A stretch of DNA of 64,000 nucleotides from an uncultured Opitutales bacterium (lineage in GTDB: Bacteria; Verrucomicrobiota; Verrucomicrobiia; Opitutales; UBA2987): assembly GCA_964542645.1 (NCBI GenBank), contig CAZIUG010000008.1, positions 145,848-209,847 on the forward strand. Reading direction: 5' to 3'. Below the pieces are notes generated by a model. The model was not told the origin of the DNA. It made no database searches and saw only the letters and a program-made list of their open reading frames with translations. Made by a program: the position numbers and the translations under genes. Numbering within the stretch: position 1 is the first letter of the stretch; each line of letters starts with the position of its first letter. Positions 1 to 9,900 of the stretch are shown one piece after another.

Positions 1-1523
1 TAGTAGAGTTAAAGACTGGAGAAATCCCGCGCGTTACGATCAACAATCTTTTTAAGCAAACTCAGCTTGAAAATACTTTCGGCGTAATCCTTCTCGCACT
101 AGACCAGAGGCGCCCTAAGGAAATGAACATTAAGGAGATGCTCGAATGCTATATCGAGCATCGCCGAGAAGTAATTCTTCGCCGTTCTAAATTCAGGAAA
201 AGAAAAGCAGAAGATAGAGCCCATCTTCTGGAAGGATATAAAGTCGCTCTGAGCAATCTCGATGATTTTGTTCGGGTCATTCGGCAGAGTAACAACCGAG
301 ACGAAGCCAGGACGGCTCTAATGGCCAAATATCCTCTCTCCGAACGCCAAGCTAACGGTGTGCTTGATCTGCGTCTCTATCAACTGACAGGTCTTGAGCG
401 GGACAAAATAGAGAATGAATACCTCAGCCTTATAAAGACCATAGCTGAGCTTGATACCATATTGGAAAGCGAGCAAAAACTCGTTGAGGTGGTTAAGGGA
501 GAGCTCTTCGAAATGAAAGAGCAGCACAACAACCCTCGGCGTACAAACCTCCTCCCAGCTGAGGGAGAGTTTCGCATGGAGGATCTGATCGCAAATGAGG
601 GGTGTGCTATAACCGTATCACACAATGGGTTTATCAAACGAACCGCAGTCAGTTCCTACAAAGCTCAGAGAAGAGGAGGAAAAGGAGTTATAGGAACCGG
701 TTCTCACCAAGAAGATTTTGTTGAGCATCTTTTTACAGCGAGCACTCACGATTTCATACTATTCTTCATGAACAATGGACGTGTTTATGTCGAAAAAGTT
801 TATGACATTCCAGAGGGAACCAGGATTTCTAAGGGGCGGTCACTCGCTAATGTACTTCAGCTGCAAAAAGACGAACAGATCGCAAGCATGATTTGCATTA
901 AGGAATTCAGCTCAGATCTACACCTTGTCCTCTGCACTCGAAATGGCGTAGTGAAAAAAACCAATCTGAAGGACTATTCTAACTACCGTAGAGGGGGGAC
1001 TATCGGAATCAATATCGACAAAGATGATCAACTGATCGCTGCAAAATTAACGAGAGGCGAAGACGAGCTCGTTATGCTAACATGCAACGGTATGTCCATT
1101 CGATTCAAGGAAAACAACTTAAGAACCCAGGGTCGAGTTACTCGAGGCGTAAGAGGCATTCGATTCAAGAAAGAGGATGACTATGTCGTTACAATTGAAG
1201 TTGTAGACGCTGATTCAACTCTGCTCATTGCCGGTCGAAATGGTCAAGGAAAACGCACAAGCTATGACGCGTACCGTTCGCAAGCTCGAGGAGGTAGCGG
1301 AATTATAGCGATTAAAACATCGGGCGTCGTCGGTGCCCTCAGCGTCCATGAACAAGATGAAATTATGCTCCTCACTAAATCCGGCCAAGCAGTCCGCACC
1401 CGAGTAAACGAGATTCGTGTCATCGGACGCACAACCCAGGGAGTAAAACTTATCAATCTTAAAGGAGAAGATAAACTTATGGGGATCTCAAAGATAATCG
1501 AGATCGAAGAGGAAGATGCGTAG
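1..1523 (+). CDS. gyrA: DNA gyrase subunit A, C-terminal portion (5' end lies upstream of the window)
   Basis: Frame is open from base 3 (VELKTGEIPRVTINNLFKQTQLENTFGVILLALDQRRPKEMNIKEML...) to the stop at 1521-1523. Repeated beta-pinwheel-type blades (RRGGKGVIG, TRGVRGIRF, ARGGSGIIAI, GRTTQGVKLI) and an acidic tail are typical of the GyrA CTD. Confidence 0.93.
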   Translation, partial: VELKTGEIPRVTINNLFKQTQLENTFGVILLALDQRRPKEMNIKEMLECYIEHRREVILRRSKFRKRKAEDRAHLLEGYKVALSNLDDFVRVIRQSNNRDEARTALMAKYPLSERQANGVLDLRLYQLTGLERDKIENEYLSLIKTIAELDTILESEQKLVEVVKGELFEMKEQHNNPRRTNLLPAEGEFRMEDLIANEGCAITVSHNGFIKRTAVSSYKAQRRGGKGVIGTGSHQEDFVEHLFTASTHDFILFFMNNGRVYVEKVYDIPEGTRISKGRSLANVLQLQKDEQIASMICIKEFSSDLHLVLCTRNGVVKKTNLKDYSNYRRGGTIGINIDKDDQLIAAKLTRGEDELVMLTCNGMSIRFKENNLRTQGRVTRGVRGIRFKKEDDYVVTIEVVDADSTLLIAGRNGQGKRTSYDAYRSQARGGSGIIAIKTSGVVGALSVHEQDEIMLLTKSGQAVRTRVNEIRVIGRTTQGVKLINLKGEDKLMGISKIIEIEEEDA

Positions 1524-1630
1524 CACGAAAATCCTCTGCTGGGCTATAGACCGGCCAATCTTTAAAACTTACCAAGTGGCTCTTTCAAGTAGATGTACAT
1601 ATTGTGTCATCTAGTTTTATTTAAGAAATC

Positions 1631-2287
1631 CTAGAATAACTCACCTTGAGAGGCTCTTAATCCCCCTGGAGAACTGTGACTGAGAAGCCATTCCAAGGTG
1701 ATGTTCTCGAACCCAGGAAGACGGCTTATGTGGCAAACAAGAAGCATCGAAGCAATAGCATCATAGAGGGCACAATGGAATTTCATTCTCTGTTTTGGAC
1801 AGTAAATACAAGCAATACGTTCAAGTTCGGAAGCCAATTCGAAGAGTGTGATTAAGTCCACAAGCTTGTGGCTTTTTAACTGGGGAAACAACTTGGCATA
1901 CAACAAACAAGTATCAATCCATAGTCCCCAATCCACAATCATCTGGCCCTTATTTAGGAAATCGGGTGAGTAAGGAGGATACGGCCAATTCTGTTTTATC
2001 AATCGATTCTCGGTGCTCGCATAGTGTGCCGCGAATGGGCCCTTCTGTCTTAGGGACCTGAAGTACTCCCATTCCTTGGAGAATGGCTCAAACTCAAGAG
2101 TGTCTCGACTTTTTATTCCATGCAACTTCGACTCCTCAGGATGTATTCTTCCCAGAGCCCGGCACAATCTCGTACGCACATCAGAAATCTTCCCGTTAAG
2201 TAGAGTTACTACACCAAATTCAACGACACCGCACTCACCATTCCCTTCGAAATCAATAAAATGTATCGGTATACTGCAGTGCCACAT
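1631..2287 (-). CDS. Stand-alone DEDDh-type 3'-5' exonuclease (DnaQ / Pol III epsilon-like fold)
   Basis: 218-aa ORF with ATG start. Exo I-like IHFIDFEGNG (D-x-E), Exo II-like AAHYASTENRLI, Exo III-like HCALYDA (H-x4-D). Confidence 0.7.
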   Translation of the reverse strand: MWHCSIPIHFIDFEGNGECGVVEFGVVTLLNGKISDVRTRLCRALGRIHPEESKLHGIKSRDTLEFEPFSKEWEYFRSLRQKGPFAAHYASTENRLIKQNWPYPPYSPDFLNKGQMIVDWGLWIDTCLLYAKLFPQLKSHKLVDLITLFELASELERIACIYCPKQRMKFHCALYDAIASMLLVCHISRLPGFENITLEWLLSHSSPGGLRASQGELF

Positions 2288-2403
2288 CGACCTTATCGTA
2301 GAACATCACATACCCAAGGCCAGCGCCAAGTAAACTATAGGGAGGCCACGGGATTATCTTTGTCGCAATCATCCATATTTACTTATTCTATAACAACACC
2401 CGA

Positions 2404-3183
2404 ATGAAGCACTCACCTATGATTGAAGACGACCTTCTGGCCTTCGTACGCTTTCTCGCAGAAAAGAGCGGTAATGTAATCAACGACTTATTCGGAAATC
2501 CAAAGCTTCGAGTCGATCGGAAATCTGATGATTCTCCAGTTACTCAGGCAGATCGAAAAGCAGAGGAAATAATGCGTAATTTAATTACAAAGGAATTTCC
2601 CGATCACGGAATACTGGGAGAAGAATTCGGAATCGTTAACGAAAGCTCTCCATATATTTGGGTGCTGGATCCGATAGACGGTACTCGCGCATACGCTGCT
2701 GGTTGCCCCTTGTTTGGCACTCTTATCTCCTTGCTTCATAAGGGACAACCTCTTCTCGGCGCTATCCACAACCCAGTCACAAGGCAACTCGTTCTTGGAA
2801 ACGTAAAAGAAACGACCCTAAATGGGAAAACGATCAAAATGCGGGAAACTTCTCGTCTGCAAGATTCGACTCTCCTCGTTTCACACCTAAAAACGCCGGA
2901 GCAGTATCAAGATTCAAAGAATTGGACCCAACTTACGAGAAGCGTCCAAGATCTATATACTTGGGGAGATTGCTATGGATACCTTCTATTGGCCCAAGGA
3001 GGAGCAGACATAATGGCTGACCCTATAATGAATAATTGGGACCTTTTGCCCTTGATTCCCATCATCCGAGGTGCAGGCGGTCGCATCACCGACTGGCAAG
3101 GGAAAGATCCGTTAATCGGATCTTCAATTATAGCCGCGAACCCGATTCTACATAGCGAGGTGATTTCAATCCTGAATTCTTAA
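2404..3183 (+). CDS. Inositol-monophosphatase-family phosphatase; candidate histidinol-phosphatase (HisN-like)
   Basis: 259 aa. IMPase motifs GEEFG, WVLDPIDGT, WGDCYGYLLLAQGGAD, NNWDLLPLIPIIRGAGG. The HisN assignment is inference from the monofunctional hisB at 9301-9900. Confidence 0.75.
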   Translation: MKHSPMIEDDLLAFVRFLAEKSGNVINDLFGNPKLRVDRKSDDSPVTQADRKAEEIMRNLITKEFPDHGILGEEFGIVNESSPYIWVLDPIDGTRAYAAGCPLFGTLISLLHKGQPLLGAIHNPVTRQLVLGNVKETTLNGKTIKMRETSRLQDSTLLVSHLKTPEQYQDSKNWTQLTRSVQDLYTWGDCYGYLLLAQGGADIMADPIMNNWDLLPLIPIIRGAGGRITDWQGKDPLIGSSIIAANPILHSEVISILNS

Positions 3184-3203
3184 CCTTAGAATTTGCTACT
3201 TTT

Positions 3204-3902
3204 CTAAACTTGTTGTTCCCCTTCCAAAGCCGCCTTCTGGATCTGTCCCCCAATCATCGCAATAGCATTCTCGGGCAAACTCCCACCGAATGCCACTGCA
3301 GGGAGTACCATTGATCCTTTCCCAAGAATTGTCCCAGGCTGGAGAACCGCATTGCATCCTACTTGAGCTCCTTCCCCCAGCAGTGCACCTAGTTTTCTTC
3401 TTCCAGTCGCTACTCGCCCACCCGATATAGTAACTCGAATCTCATCTTTGTTTAAGCGAAGGTTAGAAAGCACTGCGCCAGCACCAAGATGTGCATTTGA
3501 TCCCAAGACCGAATCGCCAACATAATTAAAATGAGCTGTCTCTACTCGGTCCATCAACAGACAATTTTTGTATTCACAAGAATTCCCAAGAATACATTCT
3601 CGACCCACGATTACATTCCCTCGAATATAAGCACCTGGTCGAATCTCAGTGCCCTCTCCAATGTAGCAGGGGCCAGAGATCTCACAATGGGAAGGCAATC
3701 TTACTGAGTCATGTATAAAGACTGAATCTGATCTGAACACCCCACCTAGGCCATTCTCCTCGTTTTTTGGTCTGTCTAATGCAAACCATTCAACAAGAGC
3801 TCGTTCGATCTTTGAAACCCATTCCCACGGAGCTTCCTCAGGATCGAAAAATTCACTGAAAGGAAGCGATTTAGGAAGTCGGAAAAGCTGGCTGGCCTTC
3901 AC
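3204..3902 (-). CDS. Left-handed beta-helix (hexapeptide-repeat) protein, GlmU C-terminal-like transferase
   Basis: 232-aa ORF with GTG start 31 nt after tRNA-Gly. Runs of hexapeptide-type repeats (IGEGTEIRPGAYIRGNVIVGRECILGNSC...VGDSVLGSNAHLGAGAVLSN...LGEGAQVGCNAVLQPGTILG). Confidence 0.65.
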   Translation of the reverse strand: MKASQLFRLPKSLPFSEFFDPEEAPWEWVSKIERALVEWFALDRPKNEENGLGGVFRSDSVFIHDSVRLPSHCEISGPCYIGEGTEIRPGAYIRGNVIVGRECILGNSCEYKNCLLMDRVETAHFNYVGDSVLGSNAHLGAGAVLSNLRLNKDEIRVTISGGRVATGRRKLGALLGEGAQVGCNAVLQPGTILGKGSMVLPAVAFGGSLPENAIAMIGGQIQKAALEGEQQV

Positions 3903-3933
3903 GGGAAACTATAAAGTATTTTATCTACCTACA

Positions 3934-4009
<76 letters not shown>

Positions 4010-4272
4010 ACCCAACAATTATCCACAAATCTCCCGACTAAATCTGGCATGTCAATCAGATTCAGGTTACGAAACTGTCTCCTATTCCTTAATTTCTGAA
4101 ATTAGATTATCTGCTTATTTCCTATCGAAGTTCCAAAAGAGTTGAAATAAGGCATTCTCAAAATGCCAGGGTCTAAAGGATAGAAAGAAAAAAACTGAAA
4201 ATTACAAAGATTTAGATGAGTAATCCAAAAAGAAATTTATCTGAGATTGAATCGAATAAATTATACAAACTC

Positions 4273-5634
4273 TCAGGCTTCTGGATTTAGATCTGGCCAC
4301 TGCTTGAGCTTACGGTGCAGTGTTCTTCGACTAATCCCCATTAATTCTGCCGCTCTGGTTCGATTTCCCTTTGCTTTCACCAAAGCATTTTGAACCAGTC
4401 TCTTTTCGTTTTCCTCAACTGAAAGAGACTCATGGAAAACGTCATCAGCCCTTCCAGTCATAGCCTGCATTAACAAATGCGGAGGGAGATCATATTCGCT
4501 AATACGGCCACCTCCTTTCAATACTACAATATTCTCGGCCATATTTCGCAATTCACGGACATTGCCGGGCCAATGAAATTCTTGAAGAATCTTCATCGCC
4601 GAGGGGTCTATCTCTACCCTTTCAGTCTTATTCTCTTTAGCAAAACGCTCTAGGTAATGCATAAGCAATATCGGAATGTCTTCCTTCCGATCCCGCAAAG
4701 GAGGCAGCTCAATCGGAATTACGTTGAGTCGGTAATAAAGATCCTCTCTGAACCGACCACTCCTTACCAACTCCTCTAACTTCTGATTAGTTGCAACTAC
4801 TAACCTTACGTCCACTTTAATGGGTTTAATACTCCCTAATCTTTCAAATGTTCTTAATTCAAGAAAACGGAGCAGCTTCACTTGTGTCGACGCATCAACT
4901 TCGCCAATTTCGTCAATGAAAAGAGTACCCCCATCAGCTGCTTCAAATCGACCAATCCTCCGTTCCTCAGCACCAGTAAAAGCACCCTTTTCGTGTCCAA
5001 ACAGTTCACTTTCCAACAAATTCGAAGGAAGTGCAGCACAATGGACCGCAATAAAAGAATTACGGGCTTGATCGCTGTTTTGATGAATCGCTTGAGCAAA
5101 AAGCTCCTTCCCTGTTCCTGTTTCCCCGTGCAATAGAACCGTCGCTTTTGAACGAGCGACCAGTTTCATTTTCTCCATAACCTCTGAGAGAGCGAGTGAG
5201 TTTCCAATAATCCCCTCGTAATTAAACCTGCTGTCCAATCTCTCGTGCAAGTTTCGGTTCTCGACTTCTAAGTTTCGCGATTTTAGAGCACGCTTGATGA
5301 CGATTTCAAGCTGCTCTAAATTCACGGGTTTAGTTAAGAAATCACAGGCACCTCGACGCATTGCCTCAACTGCAGATTCAACTGTTCCATAAGCCGTCAT
5401 CATGATCACTATTGGCCGGTGGGAAAGCTCGATAGCTCGGTCAATTACACTAAGTCCACTCTTACCTGCCATTTTTAAGTCTGTCAGAACCACATCGAAA
5501 TTCTCAGAATCAAACAGATTAAAAGCCTCAACCGCACTTTCCGCCAAATAGACTTCGTACTGGTCCCCTAGCACCTGTCTCAGACCCTCGCGGGTGTGTC
5601 TTTCGTCATCAACTATGAGAATAGTGGAAGGCAT
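4273..5634 (-). CDS. Sigma-54-dependent response regulator (NtrC family: REC + AAA+ + Fis-type HTH)
   Basis: 453 aa. Receiver Asp context VVLTDLKMAG, Walker A GETGTGKE, GAFTGA motif (EKGAFTGAEE), C-terminal HTH RAAELMGISRRTLHRKLK. Confidence 0.9.
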   Translation of the reverse strand: MPSTILIVDDERHTREGLRQVLGDQYEVYLAESAVEAFNLFDSENFDVVLTDLKMAGKSGLSVIDRAIELSHRPIVIMMTAYGTVESAVEAMRRGACDFLTKPVNLEQLEIVIKRALKSRNLEVENRNLHERLDSRFNYEGIIGNSLALSEVMEKMKLVARSKATVLLHGETGTGKELFAQAIHQNSDQARNSFIAVHCAALPSNLLESELFGHEKGAFTGAEERRIGRFEAADGGTLFIDEIGEVDASTQVKLLRFLELRTFERLGSIKPIKVDVRLVVATNQKLEELVRSGRFREDLYYRLNVIPIELPPLRDRKEDIPILLMHYLERFAKENKTERVEIDPSAMKILQEFHWPGNVRELRNMAENIVVLKGGGRISEYDLPPHLLMQAMTGRADDVFHESLSVEENEKRLVQNALVKAKGNRTRAAELMGISRRTLHRKLKQWPDLNPEA

Positions 5635-5770
5635 TTCCTAATCAGCAAATGGGAAATTTTGTCTCAACCCAAGGAAGGCAAGGTTGGTTTACAACTCTTC
5701 CGTGTTTCCCATGCTTGAAAAGTGCCACTTTGGCGCATTTGGCCCTGAATCGCAAGCAAATAAGAATTAC

Positions 5771-6952
5771 CTAGCTTTTGAGACGACGGATACGTCGATG
5801 TCTCCTGGGCAATTGAAGTGTAACGACAGTTCCCGTTCCCATTCGGCTGTCAATTCCAACCAGTCCCCCATGCTCTGACATGATTCTGTGAACAATCATC
5901 ATCCCAAGTCCATGGCCCCCTTTTTTAGTTGTATAATAAGGTTCAAAAACCTTGCTCAGATTTTGTCCTTCAATGCCAGATCCTGAATCACCGATCTGGA
6001 GATAAACAAATTCATCATCGGATCGAGAACGTACTCTGATAGTCCCTCCTCCTTCCATTGCTTCCGACGCATTTCGTAAAAGGTTGAAATAAACCTGCTC
6101 AATCTGATTGGGATCTGCTACCACCAGAGGTGGTTTCCGGTCAATACCAATGTCGACGCTTACACCTTGATCTTTCAATTCCTGACCAATCGTCTCAAGA
6201 ACATCCCCCATTACGGAAATAAGATCAACATCCTGAAAATTGGGCTGACTTGGCCGGACAGCACCTAGAAAATTTCGGATTATGCCGTCCAGACGACTGA
6301 CTTCTCGAGTACAGACCGAAAGACTGGAATCTGCCGTTTTTAGATCGAATTCGGAAGTCTTCTTTTTAAGCTCCCGATTGATCAGTTGCAAGTGTATGGT
6401 TAATGAATTCAACGGATTGCCTAATTCGTGAGCAACTCCCGCAGCTAACATTAGAATTGAGGATGTCTTTTCATCCTCGATCATCTCACGAACCGTTATC
6501 TTCTCTTCTGTTATGTCAGAAAGGACTACAGCGTACCTTTTCCCTTCATGAGTATCAATATCCTCGTCACTAAAGGGAATCAGGTAAACGCGAAGATATC
6601 GGTCTTCCGGATAGGTCAACTGAACCTCCCGTGATACAACAGATATTTCCGAGTACTCCCCATCGATACTCAACTCAAGAGTTCGTGCCAATTCAGGTAT
6701 CAATTTCCATAGGGGATTTTGTCCCTGATCCTTACGATCGAAACCAATCATTCGGCTGGCCGCCTCGTTTCCATGCTCTATGATTCCCTCGCCGTCAATG
6801 ATCAGAACACCCTCACGGATTGTGTCTAGGATGGTTTCGAGTAATCTCCGTTCACGCGCCAGCCTTTGCACTAAGATAGAGAGATTCGCCTCATCCATAT
6901 CCTCAATCCGGTCGAGGATCCGATCTAATGAATTAGGCTTTCCTAGCTGCAT
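5771..6952 (-). CDS. Cytoplasmic PAS-domain sensor histidine kinase (NtrB-like architecture)
   Basis: H-box AGVAHELGNPLNS, N-box FNLLRNASEAM, G1 GDSGSGI, G2 GGHGLGMMIV. There is an N-terminal PAS-like segment and no hydrophobic helix. ATG at 6952 is preferred over the adjacent TTG at 6955. Confidence 0.85.
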   Translation of the reverse strand: MQLGKPNSLDRILDRIEDMDEANLSILVQRLARERRLLETILDTIREGVLIIDGEGIIEHGNEAASRMIGFDRKDQGQNPLWKLIPELARTLELSIDGEYSEISVVSREVQLTYPEDRYLRVYLIPFSDEDIDTHEGKRYAVVLSDITEEKITVREMIEDEKTSSILMLAAGVAHELGNPLNSLTIHLQLINRELKKKTSEFDLKTADSSLSVCTREVSRLDGIIRNFLGAVRPSQPNFQDVDLISVMGDVLETIGQELKDQGVSVDIGIDRKPPLVVADPNQIEQVYFNLLRNASEAMEGGGTIRVRSRSDDEFVYLQIGDSGSGIEGQNLSKVFEPYYTTKKGGHGLGMMIVHRIMSEHGGLVGIDSRMGTGTVVTLQLPRRHRRIRRLKS

Positions 6953-6972
6953 CAAGATTCTCCTTTGTCTTT

Positions 6973-6989
6973 TTAATGGTTACCATTAA
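6973..6989. promoter_or_regulatory. 17-bp perfect palindrome TTAATGGT-N-ACCATTAA, about 21 nt upstream of the kinase start
   Basis: Read directly: ttaatggttaccattaa has 8-bp arms around one central base. It lies in the 163-nt divergent spacer between the kinase operon and the membrane-protein gene at 7119. Confidence 0.3.
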
Positions 6990-7118
6990 CCTTTAAATAT
7001 TCAAACCCCGCCTCAGGATACGAATATTATTGATCCTTTGCAACTATAGCAACTCCCGGTTTTAAAATGTCTTAATTGATCACCGGCAATAAAAGGAAGG
7101 AAGGCTCTAATTTCTCTA

Positions 7119-7838
7119 ATGAATCCAGTTAAAAATCCTAATTCTACCCAACTCCGACAGGAGAATGTGTTCCTCAATCTAGTTATAAATATTCTCCTGC
7201 CATCTCTCATTCTCATAAAGGGGATAAAATGGTTCCCGCTGAGTCCATCTGGAGCCTTAGTCTGCGCTATCATCTTTCCCATATGCTATGGTGTATTTGA
7301 TTTCATTATTAGGAAACGATACAATCTCTTCTCCGTAATCGGATTTATCAGCATTCTCATTACAGGGGGGATTGGACTATTTAAATTAGATAAAGATTGG
7401 ATCGCAATCAAGGAAGCAGCGGTTCCGTCACTTATTGGACTAGCTGTACTCGCTACCACAAAGACCCAGAAACCTTTAGTGCGGCTCTTCCTCTACAATA
7501 AAGAGATTGTTGACGTGGTCCGTGTGGATCTTGAGCTAGATAAAAGAGGCAATCGAACTGCTTTTGAACAGCTAATGGAATTCTGTACTTTTTTACTTGC
7601 AGCTTCGTTTTTCCTCAGTGCCAGCCTAAACTATCTCCTCGCCAAGTATCTTATTCGAAGCGAGAGTGGCACGGACGCATTCAATATGGAACTTGGTAAA
7701 ATGACATTCTGGAGCTACCCTGTTATCTTAATTCCTTCCATGGTTGTCATGTCACTTGTCCTGTGGAAACTTCTGTCCGGCATCAAAGCTCTAACTGGAC
7801 TCAATACGGAAGAAATATTTAAGATTTCCCGGGATTAA
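7119..7838 (+). CDS. Multi-pass inner-membrane protein of unknown function (from memory it resembles the VC0807-type family)
   Basis: 239 aa with about 6 hydrophobic helices. N-terminal ENVFLNLVINILLPSLILIKG, central DWIAIKEAAVPSLIGLAVL, and AFNMELGKMTFWSYPVILIPSMVVM. The family call is recollection only. Confidence 0.7.
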   Translation: MNPVKNPNSTQLRQENVFLNLVINILLPSLILIKGIKWFPLSPSGALVCAIIFPICYGVFDFIIRKRYNLFSVIGFISILITGGIGLFKLDKDWIAIKEAAVPSLIGLAVLATTKTQKPLVRLFLYNKEIVDVVRVDLELDKRGNRTAFEQLMEFCTFLLAASFFLSASLNYLLAKYLIRSESGTDAFNMELGKMTFWSYPVILIPSMVVMSLVLWKLLSGIKALTGLNTEEIFKISRD

Positions 7839-7890
7839 CAGATCAAATCCGTATAGAATACTTCGAAGAGAGCTTTCCAGATGACAACCG

Positions 7891-9186
7891 TCAGTGTTTG
7901 ACAGTTTTCTGACTCGGATAGTTACGCAGCGTAGCTCCTGAGTAAATTTGTCGTGGACGATGAATCCGACCCTTGGGATCTGAAGCTAACTCTTTCCAAT
8001 GCGCTATCCATCCCGGCATACGGCCAATAGCAAACATAACGGTAAACATCTCAAGAGGGATCCCAATGGCGTTAAGTATTATTCCGCTATAGAAATCAAC
8101 ATTCGGGTAAAGTTTCCGTTCAAGGAAATACTCCTCATGCAAAGCCGCCTGCTCTAGATGCCTGGCAATCTCAAGAAGAGGATCCTTGTGACCCATCTTT
8201 CGAAGAACAGAATCGGCAGCTTTCTGGAGGATTTTGGCTCGTGGATCGTAATTCTTGTAAACTCGATGTCCGAAACCCATTAGAAGTCGCTTTCCATCCT
8301 TCACTTCATTGAGGAATCGACTCCCGTCATCGCCTTCATCACGAATCCCTTCCAGCATTTCTACTACCGCCATATTAGCACCGCCGTGAAGTGGTCCCCA
8401 CAAAGCATTTATACCAGCTGAAACTGAAGCAAAGAGATTAGCCCCACCCGAGGCAACCATCCGTACTGTCGAGGTGCTACAATTCTGTTCGTGATCGGCG
8501 TGCAGCAACAAAAAAAGATCCAGAGCATCTGACACACTCTTATCAACTTCGTACTCGGCATGGGGATTAGAAAACATCATGTGCAGGAAATTCTCACAGT
8601 ATCCAGCATCAGCTTTCGGATAATTAATCGGATTCCCTCGTTTAATCCGGTAAGAATTTGCTGCAATGGCCCTCACCTTGGAAACCAGAAGAGCGGCAGC
8701 TTCATCAAAACAAGCAAGATCCTGAGAACGATTATTACTCGCCATTTCAGAATAGTATGAGCCGAGAACATTGACCAGGGAGGAAAGCATAGCCATCGGA
8801 TGCGAGTTGCTCGCAAACCCCAAGAAGGCCTGTTCCATGTTTTTATGTAGACCTCCATCTCTGAGAACTCGCTGCGTAAACGCCCCCATTTTTTCAGAAT
8901 CTGGAAACTCTCCATAGATGATGAGGTAAGCCGATTCTAAGAAATTCGACTTTTCTGCTAATTCTTCAATCGGATACCCTCGATACCGAAGTATCCCCTT
9001 TTCTCCATCAATAAAAGTTATCTTGCTAAGACACGATCCAGTATTGCCATAACCTTCATCAAAAGTAACAAATCCACTTCGTTTCCGAAGTGTTCTAAAA
9101 TCGATGGCACGTTCTCCTTCAGTTCCATCAACCACAGGAAAATTAAAGTTTTCCCCTCCTATTCGGACTGTAACTGAGTCATACAT
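7891..9186 (-). CDS. gltA: Citrate synthase (type II)
   Basis: 431 aa with the signature [14 protein letters not shown] and [12 protein letters not shown]. Confidence 0.93.
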   Translation of the reverse strand: MYDSVTVRIGGENFNFPVVDGTEGERAIDFRTLRKRSGFVTFDEGYGNTGSCLSKITFIDGEKGILRYRGYPIEELAEKSNFLESAYLIIYGEFPDSEKMGAFTQRVLRDGGLHKNMEQAFLGFASNSHPMAMLSSLVNVLGSYYSEMASNNRSQDLACFDEAAALLVSKVRAIAANSYRIKRGNPINYPKADAGYCENFLHMMFSNPHAEYEVDKSVSDALDLFLLLHADHEQNCSTSTVRMVASGGANLFASVSAGINALWGPLHGGANMAVVEMLEGIRDEGDDGSRFLNEVKDGKRLLMGFGHRVYKNYDPRAKILQKAADSVLRKMGHKDPLLEIARHLEQAALHEEYFLERKLYPNVDFYSGIILNAIGIPLEMFTVMFAIGRMPGWIAHWKELASDPKGRIHRPRQIYSGATLRNYPSQKTVKH

Positions 9187-9300
9187 TCATCCAAAATCAA
9201 TTCATTGATTCAATGCTTCGTTAGTATAAATGATCACGCGACTTGCTCCTCACTACTTTTTCAGACAGTCTCCCCTTATTCCCTTCTCATTACCTAAGTT

Positions 9301-9900
9301 TCAGGATAGAAGTCCTTTCGTTGACGGAAGACTTTGCCCACGTCGTAAGTCAATCGAGGTAGCACGATCAAGGGCCCGGGCAAACGCTTTAAAAATTGCC
9401 TCAGCAATGTGGTGGGGCTCCTCACCGTACTCCAACTTAATGTGAACATTTGCACCTACATTATTCGCAAATGCCTGAAAGAACTCCCTAACCAGACCGA
9501 TATTAAATTCACGCACAAACCAATTACTCGCGCGTACACGATAAACCAGTAATGGTCTGCCACTCAAATCCAGAGATACTTCAGCCAGCGACTCATCCAT
9601 CGGAAGAACAAAATAGCCGTAACGATTAATTCCGAGCTTTTCACCCAAAGCCTTTCTGACACATTCCCCTATTACAATCCCGGTGTCCTCAACGGTATGG
9701 TGAAAGTCAACTTCTGTATCTCCTTCAGCCTTCAATTGAAGATCAAACAACCCATGCCGTGCAAACAGTTCCAACATATGATCGAAAAAAGGGATACCAC
9801 TTGAGATTTCACTCTCACCTGTACCGTCAAGATTAAGACGGAGGACAATATCCGTCTCCTTTGTCTTTCGTTTAACTTCCGCTATCCGTTCCTTAACCAT
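9301..9900 (-). CDS. hisB: Imidazoleglycerol-phosphate dehydratase (monofunctional, no phosphatase domain)
   Basis: 199 aa. [16 protein letters not shown] start, metal motifs [11 protein letters not shown] and [15 protein letters not shown]. The start overlaps the hisC end by 19 nt. Confidence 0.93.
   Translation of the reverse strand: MVKERIAEVKRKTKETDIVLRLNLDGTGESEISSGIPFFDHMLELFARHGLFDLQLKAEGDTEVDFHHTVEDTGIVIGECVRKALGEKLGINRYGYFVLPMDESLAEVSLDLSGRPLLVYRVRASNWFVREFNIGLVREFFQAFANNVGANVHIKLEYGEEPHHIAEAIFKAFARALDRATSIDLRRGQSLPSTKGLLS

Noticed and set aside
4019-4027. A perfect DnaA-box consensus TTATCCACA in the AT-rich 262-nt spacer next to tRNA-Gly, with gyrA nearby. I considered a replication origin here.
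   Set aside because: A given 9-mer is expected about 0.5 times per 64-kb window on two strands (128000/262144). Only two 7/9 matches accompany it (TAATCCAAA, TTATACAAA). The flanking genes are co-directional and no dnaA or dnaN is present.
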